64,000 bases of DNA from an uncultured Spirochaetota bacterium (GCA_963734495.1 CAVTHK010000011.1:448001-512000); one strand, 5' to 3'. Positions 41,700 through 50,827 are shown, numbered from the stretch's first letter. A program made the numbers and translations. Notes: generated by a model not told the origin, from the letters alone.

Positions 41700-44600
41700 A
41701 TAAAGCAGCCCCGCATCATCTCGGCCGGAGCCGGCAGCGGAAAGACCTACTGGATCGCGCGCACGGTGGTCGAGGCGGTCCGCTCCGGTGCCGTGCGGCC
41801 CGAGGCGATCCTCATCACGACCTTTACGCGCAAGGCCGCGGGCGAGCTCCTCGATCGCGTCTCAGCGGCGCTGATCGCCGCCGGCCTCGACGACCAGGCC
41901 GTGCGTGTGCGCCGCGCGCGCATCGGCACCGTCGACAGCATCTCGGGCGCCCTCGTGCAGGAGCACGCCTTGGCCGCGGGCCTCAGCCCGCGCCTCTCGG
42001 TGCTGCCCGAGGGCGAGGAAAAGACGCTCTTTGACCGCAGCCTCAGCAGCGCACTCGAGGCCGGCGATGCGCAGTTGCGCCGGGCTGCGAGACGCCTCTC
42101 GGTTGACGACTTCCGCGACGACGTGCGCGCCATCGCGCAACTGGCGCGCGGGAACGGCATCGAACCGGGCTTGCTGCACGAGATGGGCGAGCGGAGCGCG
42201 GCCTTCATTCTTGCCTCCATTCCCGAAAAGGCGGGCAGCCAGGCCGGCCTGCGTCCTCTCGCCGAGGCGGCGCTGAGGCAGTTGTGCCAGGGAAATGACA
42301 AGACGAAGGCCACCAGCGGCGCGGCGACCGCGCTGCGCAGGTGGCTCGAGCGCTCGGGCAGGGGCGAGCTGCTCCCGTGGGCCGACGTGCAGCGGCTGGC
42401 CGCCCTCGGAACCGGCGCCGCGTCGCGCCAGATCGTGGCGGCGCTGCGTGAGGCAGCGCGCGGGCATGCCGGCTGGCCCGAGATGCGCCGGGACATAGAG
42501 GCGTACCTTCGGGGCGTGTTTGCCCTCGCCGCCCGCGCCCTCGACGCGTACCGGGAGGCCAAGGAGGCGCTGGGGTTCGTCGACTTCGCCGACCAGGAGG
42601 CGCGGTGCCTCGCGCTGCTCGAGCGGCCGGACGTGCGCGAGGCGCTCTCGGCCGAGCTGGACCTGGTGCTGGTGGATGAGTTCCAGGACACGAGCCCGCT
42701 TCAGCTGGCGCTGTTCCTGCGCTTTGGCGAGTGCGCCCGCGACGCCGCGTGGGTCGGCGACCCCAAGCAGGCGATCTACGGTTTTCGCGGGGCGGACCCC
42801 GCGCTGATGGCCGCGGCGACGCACGCGCTCGCAGGCGGCCGGGCCGGCGAGACGCTGGGGACGAGCTGGCGCTCGCGGCCCGAGCTCGTGCGGTTCGTCA
42901 ACGGCCTGTTTGGCGACGCCTTCGCGGACCAGGGCATCGGCCGCGGCCAGGTGGTGCTCGAGCCGAGCCGGCCGGAGGGCGAGCTCGAGTCTCCCGCGCT
43001 GGAGAGCTGGGTGCTCGAGAGCACGAACAAGGGCAACGACGCCAGGGCCCTCGCCGCCCAGATCGCGTCGCTGCTGAGGGGGCGCAAGAGGCTGCGGATC
43101 TTCGACCGGCGCTCAGGCGCGAGCCGGCCGGTGGAGCCGCGCGACGTCGCCGTGCTTCTTCGTCAGAACAGCGACTGCGCCGCCCTGGCTGCCGAGCTCG
43201 CCGACCTCGGGGTGCCGTACGAGCTGGGCCGGCCCGGACTGCTCGAGACCCCCGAGTGCGCGCTTGCCGTCGCCGGCTACAGGCTGCTGCTCGATTCGGG
43301 CGATACGCTCGCCGCAGCCACGGTCAGCTACCTGCAGCGGGTGGCGGCCGAGGGCGGGAGCGACACCGAGTGGCTCGCAGCGGGTCTCTCAGCCCGCGGC
43401 TTTCGCGGTGAGCCGCCGGTGCCGCTGCTGCGCGAGCAGGCGGCCGAGGCCGCCGGATGCACGCCGCTGGAGGCGCTGCGGCTGGCTGCCGGGCTCACCG
43501 GCGCCTGGCAGCTCGCCGCCCGACGCGAGAGCCCTCGCGCGGCTGTTGCGAACCTCGCCGCGCTCTTTGCTTTCGCGGCCGAAGGCGAAGAGGCGGCTCA
43601 CCGCGCCGGCGAACCGTGGTCCCACGCAACCCTCGCCCGCCGCCTGGCTTTGCTGGCTTCCGCAGGCCAGGACGAGCTGCCCGTGCCGGGCTCCAACGGC
43701 GTGCGCGTCTCGACCTGGCACGGCGCCAAGGGGCTCGAGTGGCCGGTGGTCGTGCTGTATGGAGCCGGCGAGCAGCGCGGCCCGCGGTTCTTCGAGGCCG
43801 CGGCTGTGGCGCCGGCCGACTTTGACGCGGAGAAGCCGCTGCGAGGGAGGGCGATCCGGCTCGTACCCTTCCCCTACAGTGGCAGCACGTCGAGGGAGTG
43901 CGAGTACCTCGAGCGCCTCCAGGCCACGACCGAATACGCCGGGGCGGCCGCAGCCCAGGAGGCGGAGCGCCTGCGGCTGCTGTACGTGGGCATGACGCGG
44001 GCGCGGGATGTCCTGGTCTTTGCCGCAAGGGCCGACCAGGCGACGATCGCGCTGGCCGAGGGCGTCGAGCCCCTGGTCGTGCCGACGGATCCCGCGGCTC
44101 CACCCGCGGGCTGGCGCGTGCGCGCCTGCTCGCCCGAGGCGGCCGTCCGCAGGCCGCCCGAGCCGCAGCCGTGGCTCGCCTACGCTGCCGAGCGCCCTGC
44201 GCGCGAGCCGGCCGTGATCAACCCGTCGAGCCTGGAAGCCACGCCCGAGGAGGCAGCGCGGGCGCCGGTCGGCGAGCCCGAGCGCTTCGGCGACCCGCTG
44301 CCGATCGCTGCGGGCCTGCCGATGGACCGGGTGGGCACGGCCCTCCATCGCTACCTCGCGGTGGACCGCTCGCGCCTCGGCGCTGCCGGCAAGCGCGAAG
44401 TTGCTGGCCGCCTGCTCGCCGCTTACCTCCCCGCAGGCGGCGTCGAGCCGGGGGACCTCGTGCGGCTGGGTGACCAGCTGGACGCCTGGATCGCTTCGCG
44501 CTGGCCGGGGGCCACGGTGCGGCGGGAGGTGCCCCTCGCCGCCCGGCTCGCCGGCCGCGTGGTCGCGGGCCGCGCCGACGTCGTCATCGAGGCTGCAGAC

Positions 44601-44801
44601 GGGTGGGCGCTGCTGGACTTCAAGAGCTTTGCGGGCGGCGAGGAGCGGCTGCGCGCGGAGGCGGCGCGGTATGCGGCGCAGGTGGCCGCTTACAGAACGG
44701 TGATCGGGTCGGGCAAAGCCGGGCCGGCCACATGTCGGTACATCCTGTTCTTGCATGATGGACTGGCCGTCACGGTGTCATCGGGTGACGCCAGGGGCTG
44801 A
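41700..44801 (+). CDS. AddA-like UvrD helicase with C-terminal PD-(D/E)XK nuclease
   Basis: AGAGSGKT, TFTRKAA, VDEFQD, VGDPKQAIYGFRGA, HGAKGLEW, LLYVGMTRARD, GRAD..LDFKS; apparent ATA start. Confidence 0.9.
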   Translation: MKQPRIISAGAGSGKTYWIARTVVEAVRSGAVRPEAILITTFTRKAAGELLDRVSAALIAAGLDDQAVRVRRARIGTVDSISGALVQEHALAAGLSPRLSVLPEGEEKTLFDRSLSSALEAGDAQLRRAARRLSVDDFRDDVRAIAQLARGNGIEPGLLHEMGERSAAFILASIPEKAGSQAGLRPLAEAALRQLCQGNDKTKATSGAATALRRWLERSGRGELLPWADVQRLAALGTGAASRQIVAALREAARGHAGWPEMRRDIEAYLRGVFALAARALDAYREAKEALGFVDFADQEARCLALLERPDVREALSAELDLVLVDEFQDTSPLQLALFLRFGECARDAAWVGDPKQAIYGFRGADPALMAAATHALAGGRAGETLGTSWRSRPELVRFVNGLFGDAFADQGIGRGQVVLEPSRPEGELESPALESWVLESTNKGNDARALAAQIASLLRGRKRLRIFDRRSGASRPVEPRDVAVLLRQNSDCAALAAELADLGVPYELGRPGLLETPECALAVAGYRLLLDSGDTLAAATVSYLQRVAAEGGSDTEWLAAGLSARGFRGEPPVPLLREQAAEAAGCTPLEALRLAAGLTGAWQLAARRESPRAAVANLAALFAFAAEGEEAAHRAGEPWSHATLARRLALLASAGQDELPVPGSNGVRVSTWHGAKGLEWPVVVLYGAGEQRGPRFFEAAAVAPADFDAEKPLRGRAIRLVPFPYSGSTSRECEYLERLQATTEYAGAAAAQEAERLRLLYVGMTRARDVLVFAARADQATIALAEGVEPLVVPTDPAAPPAGWRVRACSPEAAVRRPPEPQPWLAYAAERPAREPAVINPSSLEATPEEAARAPVGEPERFGDPLPIAAGLPMDRVGTALHRYLAVDRSRLGAAGKREVAGRLLAAYLPAGGVEPGDLVRLGDQLDAWIASRWPGATVRREVPLAARLAGRVVAGRADVVIEAADGWALLDFKSFAGGEERLRAEAARYAAQVAAYRTVIGSGKAGPATCRYILFLHDGLAVTVSSGDARG

Positions 44802-44829
44802 CGCCGCTGCCGCGCATTCGTGCCGATAA

Positions 44830-44870
44830 TCAGCATTGCTGAAATCAAGCGGTACAGCTATACTGCAATC
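44830..44870 (+). promoter_or_regulatory. abrB-PIN promoter/operator
   Basis: TTGCTG-N17-TATACT-N6-ATG; palindrome TCAGCA-t-TGCTGA over the -35. Confidence 0.7.
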
Positions 44871-45107
44871 ATGAATGCACTGCTCACCATGACCAGCCGC
44901 GGCGTGATCACTCTGCCGGCGAAGCTGCGCAAGGCTATAGGCCTGCGTCCCGGCGATCCCATATTGGCCGAGGCGACCGACCAAGGCATCCTGCTGCGGC
45001 CGGCCGCGGCGCTGCCGATCGAGATTTACTCGGCGGAGCGGGTGGCCGAGTTCGACCGGCAAGAGGATGAATTGAAAGCAGTGCTTCCTCCGAAGAAAGG
45101 GCGTTGA
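44871..45107 (+). CDS. AbrB/MazE-family antitoxin
   Basis: MTSRGVITLPAKLRKAIGLRPGD..GILLRP. Confidence 0.9.
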   Translation: MNALLTMTSRGVITLPAKLRKAIGLRPGDPILAEATDQGILLRPAAALPIEIYSAERVAEFDRQEDELKAVLPPKKGR

Positions 45108-45113
45108 GACAGG

Positions 45114-45539
45114 GTGCGCATATTTCTCGACGCCAATATCCTGTTCTCCGCGGCAAAATCCGACGGCGCGATTCGGCGTCTCTTGGCTCTGCTGCACAAG
45201 GCCCGCCACGAGTGCTGGGCCGATTCATACGTGATCGAGGAAGCGCGGCGAAATCTGGCACTGAAGTACCCGGAGGAGATGGCAGTTCTGGAAGAGGTGC
45301 TTCGCAGGCTCCGCGTCGTTCCCCTGGCGACGGGCAGAACGGAACCGCCGGAGCTGATGCGGGTCGCGGAAAAAGACCGGCCCGTGCTCGCCGCCGCGAT
45401 CCGGCATGGGTGCGATGCATTCCTGACTGGCGATCGCACCCATTTCGGCGCGTTGTATGGGAAGACCCTGCGAGGCGTGACGGTCTATTCTCCGCGCGGC
45501 TTGGCTGAGGCGATTTCTATCAGCCGGAGGAAGTCATAG
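45114..45539 (+). CDS. PIN-domain toxin
   Basis: IFLDANILFSA, KDRPVLAAA, LTGDRTHFG. Confidence 0.9.
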   Translation: MRIFLDANILFSAAKSDGAIRRLLALLHKARHECWADSYVIEEARRNLALKYPEEMAVLEEVLRRLRVVPLATGRTEPPELMRVAEKDRPVLAAAIRHGCDAFLTGDRTHFGALYGKTLRGVTVYSPRGLAEAISISRRKS

Positions 45540-45596
45540 CCGCCTGTCGCGCCGAGACTCACCCCGGCGAGCTCTATTGATAGGTTGCCGCGCCGC

Positions 45597-46010
45597 ATAC
45601 GCCGAGGCAGCCGCAGCCCAAGAGTCAGAGCGCCTGCGGCTGCTGTACGTGGGCATGACGCGGGCGCGGGACGTGCTGGTCTTTGCCGCAAGGGCCGACC
45701 AGGCGACGATCCCGCTGGCCGAGGGCGTCGCGCCCCTGGTCGTGCCGACGGATCCCGCGGCTGCGCCTGCGGGCTGGCGCGTGCGCGCCTGCTCGCCCGA
45801 GGCGGCCGTCCGCAGGCCGCCCGAGCCGCAGCCGTGGCTCGCCTACGCTGCCGAGCGCCCTGCGCGCGAGCCGGCCGTGATCAACCCGTCGCGCCTGCAA
45901 GCCACGCCCGAGGAGGCCGCGCGGGTGCAGGTCGGCGAGCCCGAGCGCGTTGCCGACCCGCTGCGGATCGCGGCGGGCCTGCCGATCGCCCGAGTGGGCA
46001 GGGCCCTCCA
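45597..46010 (+). pseudogene. 414-bp diverged duplicate of addA-like gene segment 43934-44347
   Basis: Ungapped match at offset 1663, about 26 substitutions by hand count; covers helicase motif VI and the linker. Confidence 0.92.
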
Positions 46011-46120
46011 ATTGAGGCCGGCCCAGCGCTTCGAGGAGTTCAGGTAGGCGGGGTGAGAGCAGGGTCGCGCCGGGCGACAGGCACTGCGCCACCTTGGGCA
46101 CGCGAGAAAAGCCGCGGCGT

Positions 46121-46299
46121 CTACTCAACGCCGAGTTGTCGCCTGATCAGCCTGCAGAGGGATTCCTTGATCTCCTGGTGACGGGGACCAGAGCGCTTCT
46201 GCCGTTTCGCGGGTTCGCGTAGATGTCGTGACGACTTCCGTGGCGCCTGAGAAAGCACCCAGAGGCTACAAGTTCCTTCACGAGCTGCGTTCGCTTCAC
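46121..46299 (-). CDS. hicA: HicA-family toxin (frameshift in a C run)
   Basis: MKRTQLVKELVASGCFLRRHGSRHDIYANP..VP/RHQEIKESLCRLIRRQLGVE; GTGA overlap with hicB. Confidence 0.85.
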
Positions 46300-46505
46300 A
46301 CGTGAAGGGAGACTTCTTTTTCCCGAATCTCGACCGAGGGCAGGCTGACGCTGGTATCCTCCGTCATCATCCGATACGCGTCCTGGATGTTGTCTTCCAG
46401 GTCCGCGAGGGTCGCACCCTGGCTGAAGACGCTCGGAACCTCCCTGAGGCGGCCTACATACCAGTCGTCGTCGATCCAGTACTCGAGCGTGAACTTCCGT
46501 TCCAT
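46296..46505 (-). CDS. hicB: HicB-family antitoxin (upstream of toxin)
   Basis: WYVGRLREVPSVFSQGATLADLEDNIQDA. Confidence 0.88.
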   Translation of the reverse strand: MERKFTLEYWIDDDWYVGRLREVPSVFSQGATLADLEDNIQDAYRMMTEDTSVSLPSVEIREKEVSLHV

Positions 46506-46571
46506 CAGGTTACCCTCGCAGTCAAGCATACTACGGCGAAAGGCCACCAGGGAATGCCGTGCAAACGCCCA

Positions 46572-48317
46572 TCACGCCGACCACCGCTCGAGCCCGCGCT
46601 GGATGCTGAGCATCTCAACGCTCTCGACGAGGCCCGCGAACGCGGCGCTCTGCCACCCGCCGGCCTCGCCGCCCCGTCGCATCAGCGACCGCCGCAGCTC
46701 CGTATCGAACCGCGACGGGTTCGCCCCGCGCAGAGTCTCCCAGTAATGCACGATCAGGTCGCGGCTGCGGAGGAGCGAATGGCGCGAAACGAGCTTGTCC
46801 GACTTGGCGTGGTTCACTGCGGGCGATGCCGGCAGAAGGTTCCACAGGTCGTTGTTGAGCCACAGGACGTACGGGATCACGTGGTCCACGTCAAAGCGGT
46901 CGCCGCTCAGCGGCTGATCGGTCCACACGCAACGCAGATCAGGAAGCCCGCGGTAGATTCCCCTCGCGAGCTGCACATCGCGCTCAGCGCCGGGCCGCTC
47001 GAGCAGCCGCTCCACGACCAGGGCCGTCGTCACGCTTCGCTCCGACATCTCGGCGGTCAGCTCGGCCCAGCGGAGGACGATCGACTCTGCCACCCAGTGG
47101 CCGATCAGCGTCATCTCACGCCAGACGGCGCCGGGCACGAGGATTTCGCCTAACGCCTGTTCGGTGCCAAGAGGCGAGAGGCAGCGACCCTTCGCCGTAG
47201 CCTTCCCCTTCATCCCAAAGAACTGCCCCTCGAGGTCGAGCGCCCCGCCCGCGTACCTGACCGGCCCGACCACGATCGTGCGCGCGATCGCGTTCAGCGC
47301 GGCGTCGGCGAGCGCCGCAAGCTCGCCCGCGAGCAGCCCGCTGCGGTAGTCGCGGAGAAAGGCAGCGAACCCCGCCGCGGGGTAACGCTCGATGAGCGCA
47401 CGCAGTGCCGCGCGGAAGGCGATCGGCTTGTTCACTTCGCGTCCGCGCTTCTGAGGGAACACTACCCTTCCGGCCGCGATGTCCGGCTCGACGAGCGGCC
47501 AGTAGAAGGCGAGCCACTTTTCCGCCACCACCGCAAGCGGGATCCCGACCCGACCGTCGGCGTACCAGCGCGCGGACGGCTGCCCGGTCTGTGCGATCTC
47601 GCACAGTGCGCGGAGAAGCGCCAGCTTGTAGGTCGCGTCCTTCTTGTCGCGGCTGATGATCGTCTCGATCTGGTCGACCGAACGGGCGGCGCCCCGGCCC
47701 TCCGCATGGAACACGAGGGTGGCCCAGCTCACCGCTCGGCCCAGGCCGTCCGGCGTCTGGTAGCCGGCGACAAAGCGGAAGCCCAGCCGTTCAAAGAGCA
47801 CGCGCAGCTCCTGGGCCGGCCTCTCCCGGAAGAGGCGCTCAGCGGCGTCGCGGTCTTCGGCGAGCCCCTGCCGCCCGATCGAGCTCGACAGCACCAGGAC
47901 CCCGCCCTGTGCGACCAGTCGCCGGATCTGCCAGGCGGCGTCGAAGAGGTCCGAGTCGGGGACGTGCATCAGCATGGCGGTGCAGACCACGGCGTCAAAG
48001 GTGCGCTCGAGCAGCGGGGAGTCAGAGGCAAAGGGGAAGGCTTCACAGGCGAGCCGGCTGGCGAGCGCGGGGTGAAGGCGGGCTGCTTCGGCCAGCATCG
48101 CCTGGGAGGCGTCGACCGCGGTGACGTCGTAGCCGCTTTCGACGAGGAAGGCGGCGTCGCCGCCCGACCCGCAGCCGATCTCGAGCACGGTCGCTCCCGG
48201 TTCGGGCAGATGGCGCCGGAGCAGGTGCCAGAGGTGCGAGCGGTCGGCGGACTCGTAGCGGGCGGAAAGGGAGGCTGCGTTCTGTTCGTAGTGCGCTGCC
48301 GTGCGCTGGTCCATCAC
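46572..48317 (-). CDS. class I SAM methyltransferase fused to HNH endonuclease
   Basis: VLEIGCGSGGD, AVDAS, FDAV..AMLMH; TYKLALLRAL; CVWT..DVDHVIP..NDLWNLLP..N..KSD. Confidence 0.88.
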   Translation of the reverse strand: MMDQRTAAHYEQNAASLSARYESADRSHLWHLLRRHLPEPGATVLEIGCGSGGDAAFLVESGYDVTAVDASQAMLAEAARLHPALASRLACEAFPFASDSPLLERTFDAVVCTAMLMHVPDSDLFDAAWQIRRLVAQGGVLVLSSSIGRQGLAEDRDAAERLFRERPAQELRVLFERLGFRFVAGYQTPDGLGRAVSWATLVFHAEGRGAARSVDQIETIISRDKKDATYKLALLRALCEIAQTGQPSARWYADGRVGIPLAVVAEKWLAFYWPLVEPDIAAGRVVFPQKRGREVNKPIAFRAALRALIERYPAAGFAAFLRDYRSGLLAGELAALADAALNAIARTIVVGPVRYAGGALDLEGQFFGMKGKATAKGRCLSPLGTEQALGEILVPGAVWREMTLIGHWVAESIVLRWAELTAEMSERSVTTALVVERLLERPGAERDVQLARGIYRGLPDLRCVWTDQPLSGDRFDVDHVIPYVLWLNNDLWNLLPASPAVNHAKSDKLVSRHSLLRSRDLIVHYWETLRGANPSRFDTELRRSLMRRGGEAGGWQSAAFAGLVESVEMLSIQRGLERWSA

Positions 48318-48425
48318 TGTCGGGCCATGCTACAGCGCCGCGGGGCGGCGCACAATGCAGCGCGCACGGGAGGCACGTTCTCTACCGTGGGGGGTCAGCG
48401 CCACGGCCCCCCCCCAGCGAACCCT

Positions 48426-49362
48426 ATGGCCAAAGCGAGCTTCTACGACCAGGCGTTCAAGGAGATCTTCTCCAATCGGCGGATGATGCGCTCCTTCCTC
48501 CGCGACATCATCGCCGAACGCTGGGTCTCACTGATCGACTGGTCGTCCGTGCGCGTCGCCTCCTCTCACTTCGTGGGCATGGGAGAGACGAAAGCGGGAA
48601 GCTGATCTATTGGTCGAGCTCGGCCTCAAGAGTGGCAGTCGTCTGCTGATCTACCTGCTGCTGGAGTTCCAAAGCACGGCGGAGCCGATGGCGCTTCGCC
48701 TGCTGGAGTACCTGCTGCGTGCCTACAGGGCTCAACGCGGTGCGCAACTCTCCGTCGTGGTGCCCATCGTCGTCTACAACGGCGGGCGTCGGTGGAAGGA
48801 GCCGGTTCGGCTCATCGAGCAATTCGCGGTGCCCGATCCTGCATTGCGTCGGTTCGTGCCGGACTTCACCTACCTGCTGATCGATATAGGCGCGATAGAC
48901 GAGGGGCTGCTGCGCAGACTGGGCAGCGAGATCGCGGCCTTCTTCCTGGTTGAAAAGACCCGATTCGACGACCCGGGCAAGGCGGCAGCCAGGATCGTCG
49001 GTATCTTTTCTCAGATTGTCAGCGCGTTGCCTGCAGATGTGCGGTCGCTACTCGGACGCTATGTCGCCGGATCCGCGGCGCATCGAGGAGCGGATAGCAA
49101 GCGGTGGGCGCCGTTGATATACTCGAAATCGGGGGGCGGCATGTTCCAAGAGGGTCTCGACGGACTGGTCAGAAAGGGACGCAACCAGGGCCTCAGGGAA
49201 GGCCGGCGGAAGGGTCAGCTGGAGTCCGCGCGCCGCATGTTGGCGCGCGGCTTCTCTGTGGCCGATGTGGTCGATCTCACAGGGCTTCCCGAGGCCGACG
49301 TGCGCAAGCTGAAAGACGCCAAGCCGGCCGGCCGGCGCCGCTCGCCTGCGCCACGCCGCTGA
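48426..49362 (+). CDS. Rpn/YhgA-like recombination-promoting nuclease (frameshift near 48595)
   Basis: YDQAFKEIFS, LLEFQST..MALRLLEY, PIVVYNG..W, tail QGLREGRRKG..ARRML..TGL. Confidence 0.88.
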
Positions 49363-49714
49363 CGGAGCCGGGCGCGGCGAGTCACACGCCGGGCCGGCTC
49401 GATGCCCGGCAAGCCGCCGCTCGCGCCGGCCAGCGAGCGTGAGCGGGCGGAGGGGCCGCGAGGCCGCGACTGCGCGGCCGAAGCGGGTCCGAGGCGCGGG
49501 AGCGCGCGCGGCGCGTCGAGAAAGCGCCGCGAGCCGAACCGGCCCGATCATGCCGCGCACAGCGCCACCGCCGAGGACGGAACCCCCGGAGCACGCGACC
49601 CCGAGCCCCGCGGGATATGCGTCGGCGGCGTGAACGCGCCTCACTCTGCCGTCACCCGCCGCCAGGCTCGGGGGCACGCCCAGACCCAGGGGGCCTCTGG
49701 AGGCAGGCACGAAC

Positions 49715-50827
49715 ATGACCCATCGGGAACGAGTGGAAACAGCCCTTGGTCGCGAGCGACCGGATCGTTGTCCCATGCAGGTCAGCTTCACTCCCGAGTT
49801 TGCGGCGAGGCTGCGCCGGGAGTTGCGGAAAGGAGGCCCGCAGGAGCAGAGGGAAAGCGCCCATAATCCGCACGGCGGGGGGAACACCTACCGGCTGGAG
49901 ACCGCGCTCGACCAAGATATGCTGCTCACATCGGTCGGTTGGGCCAACTCCTACTATATGAAGACCGGCCCGTACCGCGACGAATGGGGCATTGAGTGGA
50001 AGCCCGTCCAGTACCAGACCCGGTTTGGCACCGGAACATACACCGAGATGGGTCGTCGGCCGCTTGAAGACGATTCCTCGCTGGAAAGCTATCGACCGCC
50101 GGACCCGAACCGGCCGGAGCTCTACGATCAGGCAAGATCGGCGATCGAGCGCTTCAGAAGCGATTACTGGATCGTTGGGGTAACCGTCACAACGATTTTC
50201 GAGACGGCCTGGGCGCTGCGCGGTCTGGAGCGGCTTCTGGTCGACATGATCACGGATCCGGAGGTCGCCGAGCGCATCCTCGACATACCTTTTCAGTATC
50301 ACCTGGCCGCAGCCCGCAACCTGGTCCGCCTGGGAGTGGACATGATCTGGACCGGCGACGACGTCGGATCGCAGCGTGCCATGGTCTTTTCGCCGCAGCT
50401 CTGGAGAAAGTACTTCAAGCCGCGGATGGCTCGCTTCTTCTCTGAGCTGCGGGCCATCAACCCCGGCATCAAGATCGCTTACCATTCCGATGGATTCATC
50501 GAGCCGATCATTCCGGACCTCATAGAAATCGGCCTGGACGTCCTCAACCCGGTTCAGCCGGCGTGCATGGATCCGGCAAACCTGAAGAAGAAGTACGGAG
50601 ACAAGCTCTGCTTCTGGGGAACGATCGACGAGCAGCACACCCTCCCCTTCGGCACGCCGGAGGACGTGCGGGGCGAGGTCATGGAGAGGCTGCGGACAGT
50701 CGGGACGGACGGCGGCCTGATCATCGGGCCCACACATCACGTCCAGCTCGATACCCCGATGGAGAACTTCTGGTCGATGGTGGACACAATCCGGACGTCC
50801 CGATACGAGGATCTCTCTTCAGCGTGA
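49715..50827 (+). CDS. uroporphyrinogen decarboxylase-family (MtaA-like) protein
   Basis: MTHRERV, DEWGIEW, GDDVGSQ, YHSDG, LNPVQP, FWGTIDEQ, GPTHHVQ. Confidence 0.9.
   Translation: MTHRERVETALGRERPDRCPMQVSFTPEFAARLRRELRKGGPQEQRESAHNPHGGGNTYRLETALDQDMLLTSVGWANSYYMKTGPYRDEWGIEWKPVQYQTRFGTGTYTEMGRRPLEDDSSLESYRPPDPNRPELYDQARSAIERFRSDYWIVGVTVTTIFETAWALRGLERLLVDMITDPEVAERILDIPFQYHLAAARNLVRLGVDMIWTGDDVGSQRAMVFSPQLWRKYFKPRMARFFSELRAINPGIKIAYHSDGFIEPIIPDLIEIGLDVLNPVQPACMDPANLKKKYGDKLCFWGTIDEQHTLPFGTPEDVRGEVMERLRTVGTDGGLIIGPTHHVQLDTPMENFWSMVDTIRTSRYEDLSSA

Larger units (their letters stand above)
40825..41710 (+). repeat. 88-bp diverged direct repeat (40825-40912 vs 41623-41710) flanking vapBC
   Basis: Ungapped match at offset 798, about 10 mismatches by hand count; copies the addB stop / addA start junction. 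Confidence 0.9.

Noticed and set aside
48426-49362. Rpn gene as an IS element that mobilised the island
   Set aside because: No terminal inverted repeats or target duplication seen; Rpn proteins are not demonstrated transposases.
49363-49714. GC-rich intergenic stretch with hairpins as riboswitch or ncRNA
   Set aside because: Pairing is expected at this GC content and I recognised no riboswitch consensus; an Rfam scan would settle it.
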